From Anaerolineales bacterium (GTDB taxonomy: Bacteria > Chloroflexota > Anaerolineae > Anaerolineales > Villigracilaceae): 64,000 bases of DNA. How positions within the stretch are numbered: the first letter of the stretch is position 1; every line of letters begins with the position of its first letter. The notes below the pieces were generated by a model, which had not been told where the DNA came from, searched no databases, and was given only the letters and a program-made list of their open reading frames with translations. The stretch lies in NCBI GenBank assembly GCA_035516425.1, contig DATJAH010000044.1, positions 147 through 64,146 on the forward strand, in the 5' to 3' direction. Below, piece after piece: positions 30,987 to 39,826 of the stretch. The position numbers and the translations under genes were made by a program.

Positions 30987-31781
30987 ATGCGGGCTGTGCG
31001 CCAGATGGGGAGCGGAATATTTTATGGCTTGGTCTCCGTCCTTCTTGTGATCGGAGGCCTTTCCTTAGCACTGGCGGAAAGTTACACCGCGCCGTCCGCC
31101 ACGCCTACCGTAATCCTGCCGACGGTTCCTCAAACCCTGACCTCCACTCAAACCGGCCCAACCGCCCCGCCCTCCTCAACACCTTTCCCCACCGCACCTG
31201 CTCCTCCGACAAATTGTCCTCCGCCCGCCGGCTGGATGCTGATCTCCGTCCAGCCATACGATACACTGGAAAGTCTCGCAGAGCGTTTCAACGTGGCCCC
31301 TTATCAGCTCGCGCAAGCCAACTGTTTATTCACCAACAGCCTCGAACCCGGCTTTAACATCTATGTGCCTCCACTGCCCATGTCCGCGCCTGTTTCATGC
31401 GGGGCACCATTCGGCTGGGTGCGCACGTATGTTGTCCAGCCGGGGGATTCGCTGTATCGCATTGCCACATTGCATGGCACTTCTTTATCCGAACTCCAGC
31501 GCGCAAATTGTCTTTCCACCTCATTCATTGCGCCAGGCGATTTGTTGTGGGTGCCGAATGTGTCGCCCGCCACGCCCAGCGTCATCATCCTCCTTGTTTT
31601 CGGTACGCCAACTCCGACCGCCAGCGACACCGCCCTGCCCACCAATCCGCCGACTTTGACTTCCTTGCCGCCCAGTGCAACAAATGGTCCAACCGCCACC
31701 CTTCTCTCCGTTGAGCATCCATCACCCACGGTGCCACCAGCAAGTCCAACGATTACAGCATTTCCAACTTCCACGCCTTAA
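30987..31781 (+). CDS. LysM-domain protein with Pro/Thr-rich linkers
   Basis: Two LysM units (YDTLESLAERFNVAPYQLAQANCL and GDSLYRIATLHGTSLSELQRANCL) after a TM anchor. Confidence 0.8.
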   Translation: MRAVRQMGSGIFYGLVSVLLVIGGLSLALAESYTAPSATPTVILPTVPQTLTSTQTGPTAPPSSTPFPTAPAPPTNCPPPAGWMLISVQPYDTLESLAERFNVAPYQLAQANCLFTNSLEPGFNIYVPPLPMSAPVSCGAPFGWVRTYVVQPGDSLYRIATLHGTSLSELQRANCLSTSFIAPGDLLWVPNVSPATPSVIILLVFGTPTPTASDTALPTNPPTLTSLPPSATNGPTATLLSVEHPSPTVPPASPTITAFPTSTP

Positions 31782-31807
31782 TTGGCAAACGCCGCCAGAA
31801 CCAATTC

Positions 31808-33301
31808 ATGTCAAAGAAATTATTGCCGCGCTCCGCGCTGATCATTGCCTTCTTCCTAACATCCTGTGGCGTTGCTCCGCCGGATGTGCAGGCTCCCCCG
31901 CCTTTCGTCCTGATCACCGAGGCGCCCCATGCTTCCCCCACGCCGACTCCGTTTCAGCCTCCGAATATATCCCGGGCCACGCCCACATCGCTTTATTCCA
32001 TTGAGGTTCCAACACTCGAACCGTTCTTCCCGACTGCGACTCCGTCGCCGACCCCCATTCCCGCATCGCAACCCACGGCGACCGTTGACTTGAATTCCTT
32101 ATTCCCAACGGCCGCTGTCCCTCCGCCGGTTGCGCCAGATATCGGCATCACTCCAATTCCGGCCCTTTCTGATAACAACACGATCAACTTTCTGCTCATT
32201 GGCCACGATCAAGGCTCGCCCACCTCCTTTCGAACCGATACCATGGTCGCTGTAATATTATGGCCTCAGGATGGACAGGTTTCCATGATCTCCATCCCGC
32301 GTGACTTGTGGGTCTACATCCCAACGGTCGGCATGCAGCGCATCAACACGGCCTATGAATACGGCATTGGAAATTATCCGGGAGGCGGAGCCGCGCTGCT
32401 TCGAGATACGATTGCATACAATCTCGGTATTCGCATTGACCACATGGCGATGGTTGACTTCACCGGCTTCAGCAAAATCGTCGACACGCTGGGCGGCATT
32501 GATGTGCCGGTGGCCTGTCCTTACACGGACTGGCGGCTCAGCGATCCCAGTTACGACCCAAACAATCCCGACAATTGGGCGGAATATACCGTGCAGGCCG
32601 GGTTGATTCACATGAACGGCGATCTCGCTTTATGGTATGCGCGCTCCCGCGAAGAATCCAGCGACTTCGATCGGAGCCGTCGTCAGCAGGAAGTATTGCG
32701 CGCGATCTTTACGCAAGCACTAAAGACGAACACCCTGGGCCACATCCCACAATTGTACAGCGAGTTCTCATCCACGGTCACCACCGACCTCGGCCTGGCC
32801 GACATCTTGAAACTGGCGATCTACGCGCCCAAACTGACCAACGCAAACATCCGCGGATTCTATATTCGCCCACCGTACGTCAGCGCCTGGGTGACGCCCG
32901 GCGGCGCCGACGTGCTTCTGCCTGATCAGCCGTCGCTCCAACAATTCCTCGCCGGAGCCACGACGCTCTCGACGGCGTCGACTCAACGTGAGGCGATCAA
33001 CATTCAAGTGGAAAACGGCACACCCTTCAGTAATTGGGCGGCCCTGGCCGCGAACCGGCTCAATTATGCAGGTTATCAAACTTCCATCTCCAACGCCGAC
33101 CGTCAAAATTACGCCCGTTCCGTCCTGATCGACATGACCAAATCACAGGACCCGAACGCGCGCAACCTCATTCTCGCCAACCTCGGACTTTCCTCAGCGA
33201 GCCTATTGTCCATACCAAACGCGACCGGCCCGATCCAATACCGCCTGATCCTTGGTGCTGATTACCAGCCCTGCTTCCAGCCGCAGGATTTATCACACTG
33301 A
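31808..33301 (+). CDS. LytR-CpsA-Psr (LCP) family protein with a LytR_C-like C-terminus
   Basis: INFLLIGHD....RTDTM..ISIPRDLWV and INTAY core motifs. Lipoprotein-like N-terminus. Confidence 0.8.
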   Translation: MSKKLLPRSALIIAFFLTSCGVAPPDVQAPPPFVLITEAPHASPTPTPFQPPNISRATPTSLYSIEVPTLEPFFPTATPSPTPIPASQPTATVDLNSLFPTAAVPPPVAPDIGITPIPALSDNNTINFLLIGHDQGSPTSFRTDTMVAVILWPQDGQVSMISIPRDLWVYIPTVGMQRINTAYEYGIGNYPGGGAALLRDTIAYNLGIRIDHMAMVDFTGFSKIVDTLGGIDVPVACPYTDWRLSDPSYDPNNPDNWAEYTVQAGLIHMNGDLALWYARSREESSDFDRSRRQQEVLRAIFTQALKTNTLGHIPQLYSEFSSTVTTDLGLADILKLAIYAPKLTNANIRGFYIRPPYVSAWVTPGGADVLLPDQPSLQQFLAGATTLSTASTQREAINIQVENGTPFSNWAALAANRLNYAGYQTSISNADRQNYARSVLIDMTKSQDPNARNLILANLGLSSASLLSIPNATGPIQYRLILGADYQPCFQPQDLSH

Positions 33302-33363
33302 GCCTCTTGGAGATCCTGCCTCTTCCCCAAGAAAATGGACGTGGTCGCGGGCAGGAACAGCAG

Positions 33364-33392
33364 TTGACATCCCTCCGCCTTTTCGCTAAACT
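33364..33392 (+). promoter_or_regulatory. Sigma70-type promoter of the Xer-like gene
   Basis: TTGACA, 17 nt, TAAACT, ending 14 nt before ATG 33407. No Shine-Dalgarno in between. Confidence 0.5.
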
Positions 33393-33406
33393 ATCCATAG
33401 AATAAC

Positions 33407-34303
33407 ATGAGCGCAAAAGATTCCGGCCGCGTTACGCCCAACACCCTGCTGAATCCTGCCATCAAGGCCTGGGAGTCGTATCTCTACGACAAGGGAAGTT
33501 CTCCCTACACCGTCAAGGCGTTCACATCGGATGTGCGTCTGCTGACCAAATTCTTTCCCCCCGACAAATCCGTTGGAGCCGTCACGACCAACGATTTGAA
33601 CCGTTTCTTTGAATGGATGGAAAAGGAGCGCGAGGTGCCCTGCAGCCCCAAGACCTTGGCACGCCGCATCACATCCACCAAAGCCTTTTATCGATGGTTG
33701 ACTCAATACGGCGTTTTGATAGTTGACCCGGCGGAAAAGGTCGTTCAGCATTCGGTCATCAGCCCGCTGCCTCAGGTGCTCACCGAGGAGGAGGTGAACG
33801 ATGTTCTGGCCGCGGCTGACCGTCATCGCCGCGCGGAAGAACCGGATGCGCGTCCGTTCACGCTGATCCATCTGCTATTGATCACCGGAATCAAAAAGAG
33901 CGAATGCCTCGGCATCCACATGAATCACGTTGACCTTGAGACGCCGAATGGTCCGCAGGTTTTTATCCGCTATCCCAGTCCCGCCAATCGCTATAAAGAA
34001 CGAAAACTTCTTCTGACAGAGGATTGGCTTCCGCCGTATCACGAGTACCTCCGGCAATATCAACCGACCGACCGCCTCTTTCCATGGTCGCCGCGCAATC
34101 TGGAGTACGTGCTGGAAGACATCGGAAAAGAAGCGGGGCTCGCCAAACACCTATCGTTCGACATGTGCCGCTGGACCTGTGCGCTCCGCGATTTTCGTTC
34201 GGGGATCGAAGCAGAAAAGATTCGCGTCAAATTGGGGATTTCAAAGATCCAGTGGCGGGAAATTGGGATGAAGCTAAGACAACTCAGTGAACAGGTCAGC
34301 TGA
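33407..34303 (+). CDS. Tyrosine-recombinase-fold protein with a degenerate active site
   Basis: Xer-like SAM-like N-domain plus catalytic-domain layout, but Arg-I reads GIKKSE, the HxxR box reads FDMCRW, LGH reads LGI, and the nucleophile Tyr position reads KIQW. Confidence 0.7.
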   Translation: MSAKDSGRVTPNTLLNPAIKAWESYLYDKGSSPYTVKAFTSDVRLLTKFFPPDKSVGAVTTNDLNRFFEWMEKEREVPCSPKTLARRITSTKAFYRWLTQYGVLIVDPAEKVVQHSVISPLPQVLTEEEVNDVLAAADRHRRAEEPDARPFTLIHLLLITGIKKSECLGIHMNHVDLETPNGPQVFIRYPSPANRYKERKLLLTEDWLPPYHEYLRQYQPTDRLFPWSPRNLEYVLEDIGKEAGLAKHLSFDMCRWTCALRDFRSGIEAEKIRVKLGISKIQWREIGMKLRQLSEQVS

Positions 34304-35732
34304 GCTCGCCCGGGCGGGCCATTGAAAAGTAAATCACTTTTCGGGACGACTGCTTTAGTTTAAAGGATTCCGCCGGGCGAAAACCCGGCACCCAAATGAT
34401 CTTCTCCGCCGCGCACAGCAGGGGCCAGCGCGAGCGGGCCCGCGCCGGCAGCTTTTCATTCGTGAAGAAATCGGATAATTTCTGCGAATGATTTTTCATC
34501 CCCAACGGCTCAAAGACATCGCCCTCGCGTCGGATGCGCAACTGCAAGGGATCGGGCATGCCTTCCGCGTCCAGCCAGACCTGAAATGGATCGCCGTTTC
34601 GAGAAGATTGTTCCCATGCCAGTGCGGGAAGCCGCCATGGCTCTGCGGAGAATTTCCAGCCCCCGGGGAGGCTCACCTCTCCCGGCACCGAGAGGCCGAT
34701 CAAGTCTTCTTGAGCCGGCATTTGCGGCCAGCGGTCAAACGGCAGCTCCGCATTCGGTTTGGCAACGTACAACGCATCGCCTTCACGGAACAGGGTCAAG
34801 CCGCCCGCTAGATCCATGCGCAGGCGCGCCGTATCGGTGATGAAGTGGGAGGCCCGCTCCAGGACGGCGAAAACCGTCTCTTGACCGGGCAAAAGGCTTT
34901 CCACGGCGAGGCGGATGACATGGCGCTGTAATCCCGCCGAACAGGCGGAAAGAAACGACAGGTCAAGCATCACGTACTCGCGCTCGAGCAGGATCAAGCT
35001 CTTGTGCCAAGCGGCCTCAAGGGTTTCGCTCAGGATTGCATAATCAGCATTCAGCGATTGGACCATGCGCCAGATCGCTTCACGAAATTTCGGATTGTAT
35101 GTTTCGAGGGAGGGAATCAGAATGTTGCGCAAACGATTGCGTAGAAAGTTGAGCGAATCGTTGCTGGAATCATAATGGGGCCAAAGTCCATGGGCAGCGC
35201 AATACGCGACGGTTTCTTCGCGCCAGACATCCAGGAGGGGGCGAACGATGGGAATCTCCGCGTCGAAGGTCGGAAGGATCGTGCGATATGACATGCCCTT
35301 CAGTCCAGCCAAACCCGTCCCGCGAATCATATGCATCAATACGGTCTCGACCTGATCGTCTGCGGTGTGTCCGACGGCAACCGCCTGCGCCTTAAGCCGA
35401 CGTGCCTGTGTGAACAAAAAGCGATACCGCAGATTTCGCGCGGCTTCCTCAATGGATAGGCTGTTGGCTTTTGCATAATGGCCCACATCCGCACTCTCGG
35501 CCACGAATGGAACTGCCAGGCGGGCGGAGGTGCGCTCGACGGCGTTCGCTTCGGCATCTGCGGCCTCACGCAACTGGTGATTGAAATGGGCAACGATGAT
35601 TTGATGACCAGCCTGTCGGAGGCTTTGCATGAGGCACAAACTGTCGGGGCCGCCTGAAACGCCGACGACAATCGGCTTCGATTTGTCGAGCCCGCATGGA
35701 CCGCGGAGGATCGATTCGATATTTTCGAGCAT
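34296..35732 (-). CDS. tilS: tRNA(Ile)-lysidine synthetase
   Basis: PP-loop VGVSGGPDSLCL and the length of TilS with a C-terminal domain. The start at MLENIES (35732) avoids overlap with the upstream gene. Confidence 0.85.
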   Translation of the reverse strand: MLENIESILRGPCGLDKSKPIVVGVSGGPDSLCLMQSLRQAGHQIIVAHFNHQLREAADAEANAVERTSARLAVPFVAESADVGHYAKANSLSIEEAARNLRYRFLFTQARRLKAQAVAVGHTADDQVETVLMHMIRGTGLAGLKGMSYRTILPTFDAEIPIVRPLLDVWREETVAYCAAHGLWPHYDSSNDSLNFLRNRLRNILIPSLETYNPKFREAIWRMVQSLNADYAILSETLEAAWHKSLILLEREYVMLDLSFLSACSAGLQRHVIRLAVESLLPGQETVFAVLERASHFITDTARLRMDLAGGLTLFREGDALYVAKPNAELPFDRWPQMPAQEDLIGLSVPGEVSLPGGWKFSAEPWRLPALAWEQSSRNGDPFQVWLDAEGMPDPLQLRIRREGDVFEPLGMKNHSQKLSDFFTNEKLPARARSRWPLLCAAEKIIWVPGFRPAESFKLKQSSRKVIYFSMARPGELS

Positions 35733-35763
35733 GGTCCGTATTATAACGAATGAGGCTGCTCCG

Positions 35764-36177
35764 CTACGACTTCTGGATTTGATATAACTCCACGAGCACA
35801 CCGCTGGTCGACTCGGGGTGAACGAATGCGTATTTCCTGCCATCCGACGTGGCGCGCGGCTCCTCGTTGATGAGCCGGATTCCTTTGGATCTCAATTGCC
35901 TCAGCATCCCTTCCAGATCGTCCACTTCAACACAGACGTGATGCATCCCCGGTCCGCGTTTGGCAAGGTATTTGGCAATGCCCGAATCCTCCGAGGTGGG
36001 CTTGACCAGCTCGATCTCGGAACCGGCCAGCGGCAAAAACGCCACTTGCGACGTTTCTGCAGGCACATCGCGTAATTCATGCAGATCGATTCCAAGCGCA
36101 TCGCGCCAGAAGGAAAGTGACTTCTCCATATCGTCGACCACTACCGCGATATGATTGATGGCTTTAACTTTGGGCAT
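35764..36177 (-). CDS. Methylmalonyl-CoA epimerase / VOC family protein
   Basis: INHIAVVVDDMEKSLSFW and HHVCVEVDD motifs. 137 aa. Confidence 0.7.
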   Translation of the reverse strand: MPKVKAINHIAVVVDDMEKSLSFWRDALGIDLHELRDVPAETSQVAFLPLAGSEIELVKPTSEDSGIAKYLAKRGPGMHHVCVEVDDLEGMLRQLRSKGIRLINEEPRATSDGRKYAFVHPESTSGVLVELYQIQKS

Positions 36178-36195
36178 GATCTTCTCCTTGCAGTG

Positions 36196-36705
36196 TTATT
36201 GTTTGAGCAAATCCATATAAGCACCATCGATTAAATCGGTTGGTTCAATGCCAAGTTTCTTCATCAGCTCGGAAGCAATGGTTTGACCCTCTGCATCGGA
36301 TTGATCGTCACGCAGAACAACCTCCAATTCCATGAATTGACCCAATCCTTCCACATCATCGAGATGCACACGGGTTTGCCCGACCATATAGAGATAACGT
36401 GTCTTCCTGACCACGCCGCGAACGCCCAACGCGAGACTGAGCGCGGCCTTTAAATTCTCTGGATCATTCGTATTGAAGATAAAATAGTCGGAGCGCTTTG
36501 GGCCGCCCTGATCCGGACGTTCGTAATAAACCAATTGAGCCTGGTCGGGCGCGAGGACCCGCAGCTTGAGTCGTCCCTTCGCTGTGACGAAGAAAGTATC
36601 CTCCTGCGGAATCACCTGCAGCGGCGAATCGCTCATGGCCTCAGCCCGCCGCTTCAATTCGTGAGGGTCACGGACACGGGCTTTGATCTCGATGTTGGTC
36701 GGCAT
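36196..36705 (-). CDS. CYTH-domain protein / class IV adenylate cyclase (CyaB-like)
   Basis: N-terminal NIEIKAR (ExExK) motif. 169 aa. Confidence 0.75.
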   Translation of the reverse strand: MPTNIEIKARVRDPHELKRRAEAMSDSPLQVIPQEDTFFVTAKGRLKLRVLAPDQAQLVYYERPDQGGPKRSDYFIFNTNDPENLKAALSLALGVRGVVRKTRYLYMVGQTRVHLDDVEGLGQFMELEVVLRDDQSDAEGQTIASELMKKLGIEPTDLIDGAYMDLLKQ

Positions 36706-36716
36706 GCATCACCAAA

Positions 36717-37310
36717 CTAATACACAAAGGGAATGAAGCGCTTGGTACGCTGCCTATATTGACGATAGGGCTCGCCCAAGGCCTCGACCAGCGCCTTCTC
36801 TTCCACCCCGACACGGTAGCTATATCCGAAAAAGGCAATGGCAAGAACGAGGACCAAACTCAACCAGTTGGTGAAGGCCAATCCCAGGCCGAAGATCGTG
36901 AGCAGGGCCCCGCTGTACGATGGATGACGGATCCAGCGATAGGGTCCATTTTCCACGACGGTCTGTCCGGGCTGAATGGCAACCTGCCGCGTAAAATATT
37001 TTCCCAATACACGGATCGCATACCAGCGAAATGCCACACCCGCCAACACAAAGAAGATGCCGACAGCAAACAATGAAGTTCGATGCCAGGGGATGGCCAA
37101 GGAGGGGACCGCAAACGCAATGTTTATCGATACAAAAATGCCGAGCCACAGACAAAGGAGTAAAACCACGCCCGAAGCGCGGTCACGCACCTGGAGATCC
37201 TTGCCTTTGGCAGCGGTAAACGACGAGATGACCTCCGGCAATAGCCAAATGAAAAAAGCCGCGTAAAGAATATCAGCAGCCAGGCGATTGGTCGCAAACA
37301 CAGGAAGCAT
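36717..37310 (-). CDS. Isoprenylcysteine carboxyl methyltransferase (ICMT/PEMT) family membrane protein
   Basis: GPYRWIRHPSYSG signature and 4-5 TM helices. Confidence 0.75.
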   Translation of the reverse strand: MLPVFATNRLAADILYAAFFIWLLPEVISSFTAAKGKDLQVRDRASGVVLLLCLWLGIFVSINIAFAVPSLAIPWHRTSLFAVGIFFVLAGVAFRWYAIRVLGKYFTRQVAIQPGQTVVENGPYRWIRHPSYSGALLTIFGLGLAFTNWLSLVLVLAIAFFGYSYRVGVEEKALVEALGEPYRQYRQRTKRFIPFVY

Positions 37311-37335
37311 ACGTTAATCGACTCCTTGCGGAGAA

Positions 37336-38226
37336 CTACGCCAACTCCGGATCAGCCCGAACATAATTCGCCTTCTTATCTCCAAGAATCCCGACGACCA
37401 AATGATAGATCGCATACAACTCAAGGGAGAATGGGAGATAGCCGCCATAACCGAGCAGCGGCATCTCAAAGATGTGGAACCAGCCGCCCCAGGCAACATG
37501 GTAGATCCACTTCGGATAGGAAAAATAGTTCCACATTTCCCAGAACAAGGCGGTCAGCAGCACGCCGAGCCAGAGCGAAATGACCGGACGCCAATCGCCT
37601 TGCCTCGTCCAATCGGCAAGCGAATGATGCCCGAGCCAGATATTGAGCGGCTCAATCATGAAATACGGAGACAACCAAATGAAGGGGAAGAAAATATTCG
37701 GCCAGATTAACACCAAGGCCAGCATGGCCCAGCCCGCAACGAAGAAACTGATGGTCGTCGGTTTGTCGGTACCGATCACCAGTCCAGGTTTGAGGCGCTT
37801 TATAAAATCGAAGCTGGCGATGAACTCCGCGCTTCCAAAAACGGCGGGGATGACCGTCGTGAAGCTGATCGTCGTCCAAATCGCATACTGCACCGGCGTG
37901 AACCCATCGATACCGAGATAAATCCAGTTTTGAGTCCGGAGGTTGAGCGCCTCAAAGAGCCACCAGACGGGCGCCGAAATCATGAACAGCCCCAGATATT
38001 TCCGCCAGCTGCGCGCAAGCAGGGATGTGCGCGTCCGCCAGAAGACCAGCCCGTCCACGGTCAAACAATAGCCCAGCCACATGGGAAAGAATCCCCAGTT
38101 CGTGCGCGGCCCGGACAGAGTCCAGTTGAGAAACCAGAAGAGGCAGGCAAGAATCAACCCCACCCAGCCATGAAGAGGGAATTTTGTTTTTTCGCCTTCG
38201 AGGTTTTCAGCGGTATCGGTGGCCAT
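37336..38226 (-). CDS. Trp-rich polytopic membrane protein, unknown function
   Basis: 296-aa ORF with about 8 hydrophobic segments, tightly packed in an operon. Confidence 0.5.
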   Translation of the reverse strand: MATDTAENLEGEKTKFPLHGWVGLILACLFWFLNWTLSGPRTNWGFFPMWLGYCLTVDGLVFWRTRTSLLARSWRKYLGLFMISAPVWWLFEALNLRTQNWIYLGIDGFTPVQYAIWTTISFTTVIPAVFGSAEFIASFDFIKRLKPGLVIGTDKPTTISFFVAGWAMLALVLIWPNIFFPFIWLSPYFMIEPLNIWLGHHSLADWTRQGDWRPVISLWLGVLLTALFWEMWNYFSYPKWIYHVAWGGWFHIFEMPLLGYGGYLPFSLELYAIYHLVVGILGDKKANYVRADPELA

Positions 38227-38230
38227 AGCC

Positions 38231-38722
38231 CTAGTTTACACTTAAGAAGCCAAACATGCGCCACATCCTTCGCATCAGGCCGTGGCCGAAATCGGGCTTC
38301 AGAAACTGATTCGGGCAGGTCCCCGGAATCACCGCGATCCCGTTGGCTTTACACGTCTCGACCGCTGCGCGCGAGACACTCGTTATGCCCGCCGCCAAGC
38401 CGGGTTTGGTGCCCATCATGCAGTGCATCCAAACGTGCTTGATACCCAACGCCACGCATTGACGGACGATGTCGTCCGCCACCTTGGGGTTTGCAAAAAT
38501 GAACACGGCATCGGGCTTTTCAGGGATGGACTTCAAATCAGGGTAACAGGGAGCGCCGTCATATGTGGAGATATGCGGATTGACCGCGTAGACCCGATAG
38601 CCTGCATTTTTGAATTTCTCATAGTTCGAGTTGCAGCCCGTTGTGCGTTCATTGGAAACTCCAACGACAGCTATTCTCCTCTGAGAGAGGAAATCCTGTA
38701 CCAGAGCATCGACTGTGGACAT
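38231..38722 (-). CDS. CoA-binding domain protein (YccU-like)
   Basis: RIAVVGVSNE......Y..L...GY.VYAVNP pattern. The start at MSTVDAL (38722) has AAGGAAGGA upstream. Confidence 0.75.
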   Translation of the reverse strand: MSTVDALVQDFLSQRRIAVVGVSNERTTGCNSNYEKFKNAGYRVYAVNPHISTYDGAPCYPDLKSIPEKPDAVFIFANPKVADDIVRQCVALGIKHVWMHCMMGTKPGLAAGITSVSRAAVETCKANGIAVIPGTCPNQFLKPDFGHGLMRRMWRMFGFLSVN

Positions 38723-38742
38723 GGAGACTCCTTCCTTTTTTT

Positions 38743-39741
38743 CTATGGTTCCGTGACAGCCCATTGATCGCGACCATTCTTCTTCGCCTGATAAAGCGCC
38801 TGATCCGATCGTTTGAGAAGCTGTTCCCAATTCTCCTGATGGATTCGATACTGCGCAATGCCAATGCTGATCGTCATGTGAATTACACGGCTGCCGGAAT
38901 TAATCGGTGTGGAGCGCACCAGCTCGCACAGGCGTTCCGCCTGCTCACTGGCTGCCTGGATCGTGCTGTTCGGCAACAAAAGCAAAAACTCCTCACCGCC
39001 ATATCGTCCCAAGATATCCGGCGAACGCACATGATCGCGCAGCTGCAGGGCCACAGACCTCAATACCTCGTCGCCGACCGAGTGGCCGTACTCATCATTG
39101 ATATTCTTAAAATGGTCGAAATCCAGGATGGAGATGGAGAGTGGCTGTTGGTAGCGCTCGGAGGACATGACCTGACGTTGTAAGTCGGCGATGATCTGTT
39201 TGCGGTTGGAAAGCAAGGTCAACGAGTCGGTGTGCGAAACTTCATCCGCCTGGGCAATTACCGCTGCCACCTCCTGTTGCTTTTTCTCCAGTGCCTGCTT
39301 CGTCTCACTCAATTCCGCCTGAACGTGTTGAAAGTCTTGAGCCAGGCGTTGATAGCTATCAATCAGGTCAGAGGTGAGATCAACAGGCTCTCCGAAGAAT
39401 AATACGCGGCCATCCTCCAAAGGAACGAACAGACACGTATGCCGCCGGGGCTGGCTCTCCAGACCGAGATCCAGATCGCTTTGCGTCACTCTGCGCTCGC
39501 CCGTTGCCTCGTGGAACAACCGATCAAACTCGGTACGCGCTGGCGGCACAACAATCTCCCGGAGCGCATTCATGCTTGGCAAAGTCTGGGTCAAACCTTC
39601 CAGTGCCGCGTTCGATGCAAGCAAGCGCCCGTCCGAGTCCAATAGAGCGACCAACACGCGCGTCGTCTTCAGGAATGGCTCAAGACCGTGCTGGAAGATC
39701 AGTTTATTCAAATCATGGAGCGAGGCAAGTTTGGACGACAA
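38743..39741 (-). CDS. Diguanylate cyclase (PAS-like sensor + GGDEF)
   Basis: RYGGEEFLLLL active-site motif preceded by D..H.K.IND.YGH. Confidence 0.85.
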   Translation of the reverse strand: MSSKLASLHDLNKLIFQHGLEPFLKTTRVLVALLDSDGRLLASNAALEGLTQTLPSMNALREIVVPPARTEFDRLFHEATGERRVTQSDLDLGLESQPRRHTCLFVPLEDGRVLFFGEPVDLTSDLIDSYQRLAQDFQHVQAELSETKQALEKKQQEVAAVIAQADEVSHTDSLTLLSNRKQIIADLQRQVMSSERYQQPLSISILDFDHFKNINDEYGHSVGDEVLRSVALQLRDHVRSPDILGRYGGEEFLLLLPNSTIQAASEQAERLCELVRSTPINSGSRVIHMTISIGIAQYRIHQENWEQLLKRSDQALYQAKKNGRDQWAVTEP

Positions 39742-39826
39742 TTTATCCCTTAGGTTTTGAGGTGTTTTCGAGAAACAGGCAGCAATCCATCAAGGCACAA
39801 ACCGATCATTGATCATCTCTCCCCAA

